The notes beneath the pieces are model-generated. The model did no database searches and was not told the origin of the DNA. It saw nothing but the letters and a program-made list of their open reading frames with translations. DNA of 31,813 nt from Promethearchaeota archaeon Loki_b32. GTDB taxonomy: Archaea > Asgardarchaeota > Lokiarchaeia > Sigyniarchaeales > SOKP01. The stretch spans positions 1 to 31,813 of the forward strand of contig NJBH01000040.1 in assembly GCA_005223125.1 (NCBI GenBank), given 5' to 3'. The position numbers and the translations under genes are program-made. Shown here in pieces: positions 27,695 to 31,813 of the stretch (within the stretch, counting starts at the first letter, position 1; every line of letters begins with the position of its first letter).

Positions 27695-27956
27695 AATTCA
27701 TCACCTTTATTTTTTTTAAAATTATATTTAATGAGATTTATAAAACGTTATATTAATTGTTCAAATAAATAGAGAAATACTGAATCTAATAAAGATCACT
27801 TTTATATTTTCAAAAAGAAAAGTCATAATTTTGTATAAAAAATAAATTACAGTTATCCTGGAATTATAAATTGTAATATAAAAAAAATTTAAAAAAAACG
27901 AATATTTTAGTTCTATTTTAAATAAATACTTTCTATTTTGTTTTAAAAGTTGAAAT

Positions 27957-30086
27957 TTAAAAACTTGTAAGGAATATAAAACCCCAATTAATAATACCTC
28001 CGATTAATAAAGCCATACCAATCTCTAGAAGTGTAATTTTTAAAGCAAACTTCCAATTAGTTTCCTTTGCAATTAGAACTACTGTTGCAAAGCATGGGAT
28101 GTAGAGCATTGTTACTAAACTGAAAATAATCATTTGAAATGGAGTAAGTAATCCTAGGAGAGTTGTACCCATAGAATTTGCTAATAAAGCTAAAAGAACT
28201 AAAGTTAATTCCTTCCTTAAGATTCCATAAATTAAAAAAATGCCGGTAATTGCAGGCAATCCCAACCAGTATACGGTTATTGGTGATAAAAGAGAATTGA
28301 CAGGATCTAATAATCGAAACATAAATAAAATCTCCAAAATGATCCCTGATATTATTATTATAGGCATAGCTTTATAGATGAACTCTTTGGTTCTTACCCA
28401 TGTTTGTTTTAAAATTACAGAATAATTTGGAACACGATATTCATGCATTTCCATAATTAACTCAGTGCATTGACCCGGTAAAATCTTATTTAATATTTTA
28501 CCAACGATTATTATTACAATAAAATTTATAACAAATAAAATTAAGACCCAAGTTATACCAACATATCGCCCTACTAATCCTAATACGACAGTCATTACTG
28601 CTGCACAAGGAACTAAAGAAGTTAATGCAATTGAAATTTTCTTTTCTCGTTCTGTTTCCATAATTCTACATCCAGTACAAGCAGGAACATTACATCCAAA
28701 CCCTAAGATCATAGGGATGATAGTTTTTCCATGGACACCTAAAGAATGCATGAATCTATCCATGAGATATGCTGCTCGTGGTAGATAACCTGAATCCTGC
28801 AAAATTTCAATAATTAAAAAGAAAGGAATCACATATACTAAAACACCACCTACGGCTCCAAAAAGTCCTCCCAAACCTCCTTCCCAAAATATTTTAACTC
28901 CCAGATTATCATCACCATAGACTTCATAAATAAAGTTATTTAGAGCTTCAAACATATCCTCTATAACTCCACCAAAGAAATCACCGATAAGAAAAGTAAA
29001 AAAATATATCCCAAAAAGGATTAAAGCTAATATCACATAGCCCCAAAAAGAATGTGTAGTTAAATGATCTATTTTATCAGCCCAGAAGAGTTTCTTTTCA
29101 ACGTGAGTTTTAACATTAACAACTTCTTCAATAATTTTATGTATATTTGTATAGATTTCCGAAGAGATGATTGTACTGATATCTTCACCATGATATTCTT
29201 CTAATTCTTTTCGATACTTCTCTACTAAGTCAATTATATAAGATGTTTCCTGGTTAGCCTTGAATAATTTTTCAATTTCTTCATCACGTTCTAAAATCTT
29301 AATAGCTAAGAATCGTGAGGGGTAATTAAATTTTGAAAAATAATTTGAAAACTTATCAACATTTCTAATTAACTCATATACTTTAGTTTCGACTTCTTTA
29401 CCACATTTCAATATTGAAGATAAATCTGGAAACTGAAATGTCTTTTTGATAGATAAATCATTTTTAACTTTTTTATCATCATGAGATAATTGTTCATGAA
29501 TTTTTTTACTATTCTGAATATAATGTGAGGTAGGATGTTTATAAACAACTAATTCAATTGCTTCTTCAAGCAATTTGTGAACTCCCTTTCCATGAACAGC
29601 TACAACAGGAATAACAGGTAATTTAAATATATCTTCTAATTTTTTAAAATTTAAGATTAAATTTCGTTTATAAAATATATCCATCTGATTGATAGCTAAT
29701 ATCATCGGGACTTTTAATTCTAATAATTGAAATGTAAAGAATAAATTACGTTCAAGATTTGTAGCATCTATTACATTAATAATAATATCTACTTCTTCTG
29801 AGACTATATACGCTCTACTAATAATCTCCTCTAGCGAGTAGGTTGACAGGGAATAGATTCCTGGCAAATCTACGATATTAAAATGATATCCTAAGAAATT
29901 CAAATGCCCCTCCATCTTTTCTACTGTTTTTCCGGGCCAGTTTCCAATTGTTTGAGAAAGACCAGTAAGTTGATTAAAGATTACTGATTTACCAACGTTT
30001 GCATTACCGGCTAAAGCAATATTAATAATATCTTTATATTTTGCTTTTTTTGATATCTTCCTTTTTTTAGATATACTATTACTCAT
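27957..30086 (-). CDS. feoB: Ferrous iron transporter B
   Basis: GNANVGKS, GNWPGKTVE, DLPGIYSL, DSGYLPRAA, GFGCNVPA, LYIPC. Confidence 0.97.
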   Translation of the reverse strand: MSNSISKKRKISKKAKYKDIINIALAGNANVGKSVIFNQLTGLSQTIGNWPGKTVEKMEGHLNFLGYHFNIVDLPGIYSLSTYSLEEIISRAYIVSEEVDIIINVIDATNLERNLFFTFQLLELKVPMILAINQMDIFYKRNLILNFKKLEDIFKLPVIPVVAVHGKGVHKLLEEAIELVVYKHPTSHYIQNSKKIHEQLSHDDKKVKNDLSIKKTFQFPDLSSILKCGKEVETKVYELIRNVDKFSNYFSKFNYPSRFLAIKILERDEEIEKLFKANQETSYIIDLVEKYRKELEEYHGEDISTIISSEIYTNIHKIIEEVVNVKTHVEKKLFWADKIDHLTTHSFWGYVILALILFGIYFFTFLIGDFFGGVIEDMFEALNNFIYEVYGDDNLGVKIFWEGGLGGLFGAVGGVLVYVIPFFLIIEILQDSGYLPRAAYLMDRFMHSLGVHGKTIIPMILGFGCNVPACTGCRIMETEREKKISIALTSLVPCAAVMTVVLGLVGRYVGITWVLILFVINFIVIIIVGKILNKILPGQCTELIMEMHEYRVPNYSVILKQTWVRTKEFIYKAMPIIIISGIILEILFMFRLLDPVNSLLSPITVYWLGLPAITGIFLIYGILRKELTLVLLALLANSMGTTLLGLLTPFQMIIFSLVTMLYIPCFATVVLIAKETNWKFALKITLLEIGMALLIGGIINWGFIFLTSF

Positions 30087-30131
30087 TTTTATCTGCTACA
30101 TGATTATTTTTTTATATTTTTGGTAAATAAT

Positions 30132-30419
30132 TTAAAGAGTGCAAGGCTCTTCACATTTTACCACGATTTTGGTAGCTAATCCTCTTCCAATCGCTAATGA
30201 AGAACCTTTTACAATTAACTCAATAGGACCTCTTAATGGAGCTGCTCTTTTTTTGATTATTTTTACTCCAGTTAAAATTCCTAAATTAGAGAGTTTTCTT
30301 TTTGCAAAAAAACCAGCATTAACATTTAAAACTGTAAGTTTAGCATTAATTTCAAAATCTGTAAGACATTTAAGCAAAGGAGTTCCTTGATCTTTTTCTT
30401 GATAAAAATTTACAAGCAT
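30132..30419 (-). CDS. feoA: Ferrous iron transport protein A
   Basis: KLSNLGILTG...APLRGPI...LAIGRGLA.KI. Confidence 0.92.
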   Translation of the reverse strand: MLVNFYQEKDQGTPLLKCLTDFEINAKLTVLNVNAGFFAKRKLSNLGILTGVKIIKKRAAPLRGPIELIVKGSSLAIGRGLATKIVVKCEEPCTL

Positions 30420-30503
30420 TGATTAATTATGATTTTTGTTATTATCTCAAGAATTTTAAAAAATAATTATCAAAAAGAATAAAGAATGGTTCACTTTTAA
30501 ATT

Positions 30504-30519
30504 TTTAGTCATCCCTAAA
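30504..30519. promoter_or_regulatory. DtxR/MntR-type operator upstream of the proximal feoA
   Basis: TTTAG-TCATCC-CTAAA palindrome (TTAG-N6-CTAA). Confidence 0.6.
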
Positions 30520-30674
30520 TATGAAGATTTTTTCTTTTATTTCTACTAATAATTCGAAAAAGATTTAAATTTAATAAACCAGAATTAAAGAATTTAATAT
30601 CTTTTTATTAAATTTTCTCTTTTTAAAAAGATAGAGATGTTTTTGGGTTAAATCATCAAATTGTTTTAAAAGAA

Positions 30675-30971
30675 TTATTCAGAATTTTCATTAATTACAA
30701 TTATTCTAGCTGCTAAACCTCTGCCAATAACTAATAAGGATCCTTTTACAATGACTTCAATAGGACCTCGAAAAGGAGCAGCTTTTCTTTTTATTATAAT
30801 AACACCGGGAAGAATTCCTAAATTAGCAAGCCTTCTTTTAGCATGATGACCGGTATTTACTCTTAATACTTTTAGTTTTCCTCCGATTGGACAGTCAATT
30901 AAGCGTTTTATTAGTGGTGCAACTTTTTTTCTCTTGAACTGAACTTTCGAACTTTCGAATTTTGATTTCAT
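30675..30971 (-). CDS. feoA: Ferrous iron transport protein A (second copy)
   Basis: RRLANLGILPG...APFRGPI...IGRGLAARI. Confidence 0.92.
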   Translation of the reverse strand: MKSKFESSKVQFKRKKVAPLIKRLIDCPIGGKLKVLRVNTGHHAKRRLANLGILPGVIIIKRKAAPFRGPIEVIVKGSLLVIGRGLAARIIVINENSE

Positions 30972-31036
30972 GATATTTTATTGTTAAAAATAACTTTTTT
31001 TCCCTATTGAAAAATAAGTTTAATTATTATTTAAAG

Positions 31037-31056
31037 TTATTAGTTATGCCTAATAA
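31037..31056. promoter_or_regulatory. DtxR/MntR-type operator upstream of the distal feoA
   Basis: TTATTAG-TTATGC-CTAATAA, perfect 7-bp arms; a DtxR-family gene lies about 700 bp away. Confidence 0.7.
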
Positions 31057-31332
31057 AAGTAAGTTTTCTTTTGTTTTTTTTATATTTTTCTTAAATTCAA
31101 TAAAAAATTGAATCGATACATAATTAAGCTATTATTAATTCCGACATTATTTAAATTCAGCAACAATTTATTCTAATATTATAAAAAAGTTAGAATTTTA
31201 TAATTGAGGATAAAATTTTTAAGTTTTTTTGAATATATATTCATAACACTTAAATAAGTAGTTTGATATTAATATAATAGCAAATAGTAATGAATAATTA
31301 TTCACAAATAAAATATATGAGGTAATAAAAAT

Positions 31333-31725
31333 ATGCCAGGTGGAGATAGAACTGGACCTAGAGGATTAGGTTCAATGACTGGTAGAGGTTTAGGATATTG
31401 TGCGGGTTATGATGCACCAGGATATACAATAGGCCCTGGAATGGGACTTGGTCGAGGTTGGGGTCGAGGTTGGGGAGTAGGATATGGTAGAGGTTTTGGA
31501 TATGGTAGAGGTGTCGGGTATGGTCGAGGTTTGGGTTATAGAGGGCCAAATTATGCACCTGTTTATACTCCATATCCATCAGGTATAATACCACAAATCA
31601 CACCAGAAAATCAACTAACGATGCTTAAACAAGAAAAAGAATATCTAGAGTCAGAAATGAATGGAATTAAAAGCGCAGTAGACGATATCTCTAAAAGAAT
31701 TGAAGAATTAGAAAAGAAAGAATAA
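31333..31725 (+). CDS. DUF5320-family protein with GRG(W/Y/F)G repeats and C-terminal coiled coil
   Basis: MPGGDRTGPRGLGSMTGRGLGYC N-terminus; GAGGT SD. Confidence 0.88.
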   Translation: MPGGDRTGPRGLGSMTGRGLGYCAGYDAPGYTIGPGMGLGRGWGRGWGVGYGRGFGYGRGVGYGRGLGYRGPNYAPVYTPYPSGIIPQITPENQLTMLKQEKEYLESEMNGIKSAVDDISKRIEELEKKE

Positions 31726-31762
31726 TTTCTTTATTTTTTTTTTTAAAATATTAGGTGATAAA

Positions 31763-31813
31763 ATGTCAGAAATTCATGAAAGTTATGAAGATTATCTCAA
31801 AGCAATTTATTTA
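31763..31813 (+). CDS. DtxR/MntR-family metal-dependent regulator, 5' end only
   Basis: AGGTGA SD; MSEIHESYEDYLKAIYL contains the EDYLKAIY signature. Confidence 0.8.
   Translation, partial: MSEIHESYEDYLKAIYL

Noticed and set aside
3923-31594. Overlapping shadow ORFs (e.g. 3923-4144, 4807-5157, 5949-6161, 6480-6683, 10358-10643, 12794-13147, 16204-16626, 17514-17780, 18846-19522, 21346-21774, 24659-24895, 25582-25908, 26373-26636, 27375-27575, 30139-30390, 31358-31594)
   Set aside because: All overlap better-supported genes, on the opposite strand or in another frame, and show no recognisable motifs.
1-31813. CRISPR arrays, tRNA/rRNA genes, transposases or integrases
   Set aside because: No regularly spaced repeats, GC-rich structural RNA genes or recombinase motifs seen by eye.

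Overview
AT-rich archaeal DNA, most consistent with an Asgard archaeon of the Lokiarchaeia. Support comes from the Loki-CTERM-like surface proteins, longin/roadblock-like proteins, a ubiquitin-fold protein, an OSTC/OST3-6-like subunit and GGTGA/GGAGGT Shine-Dalgarno motifs. Recognisable content: a bactofilin-like beta-helix gene (truncated by the window), an OFA-type MFS transporter, a DUF89 phosphatase, Mrp/NBP35, a divergent fwdG-B-D-A cluster, a CoxE-like VWA protein, GDPD, an SCP2 protein, DsrE, and a feoA-feoA-feoB iron-uptake locus with DtxR-type boxes and a divergent DtxR gene. Several decayed gene fragments are also present. The main finding is absent from the supplied ORF track. A small membrane-protein ORF (14425-14670) has an in-frame UGA in a GG-U-A-C context, and its stop is followed directly by a eukaryote-type SECIS-like hairpin (AUGA / A-rich loop / GA). 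This is a candidate undescribed Asgard selenoprotein. All family assignments are by manual motif recognition; no searches were run.
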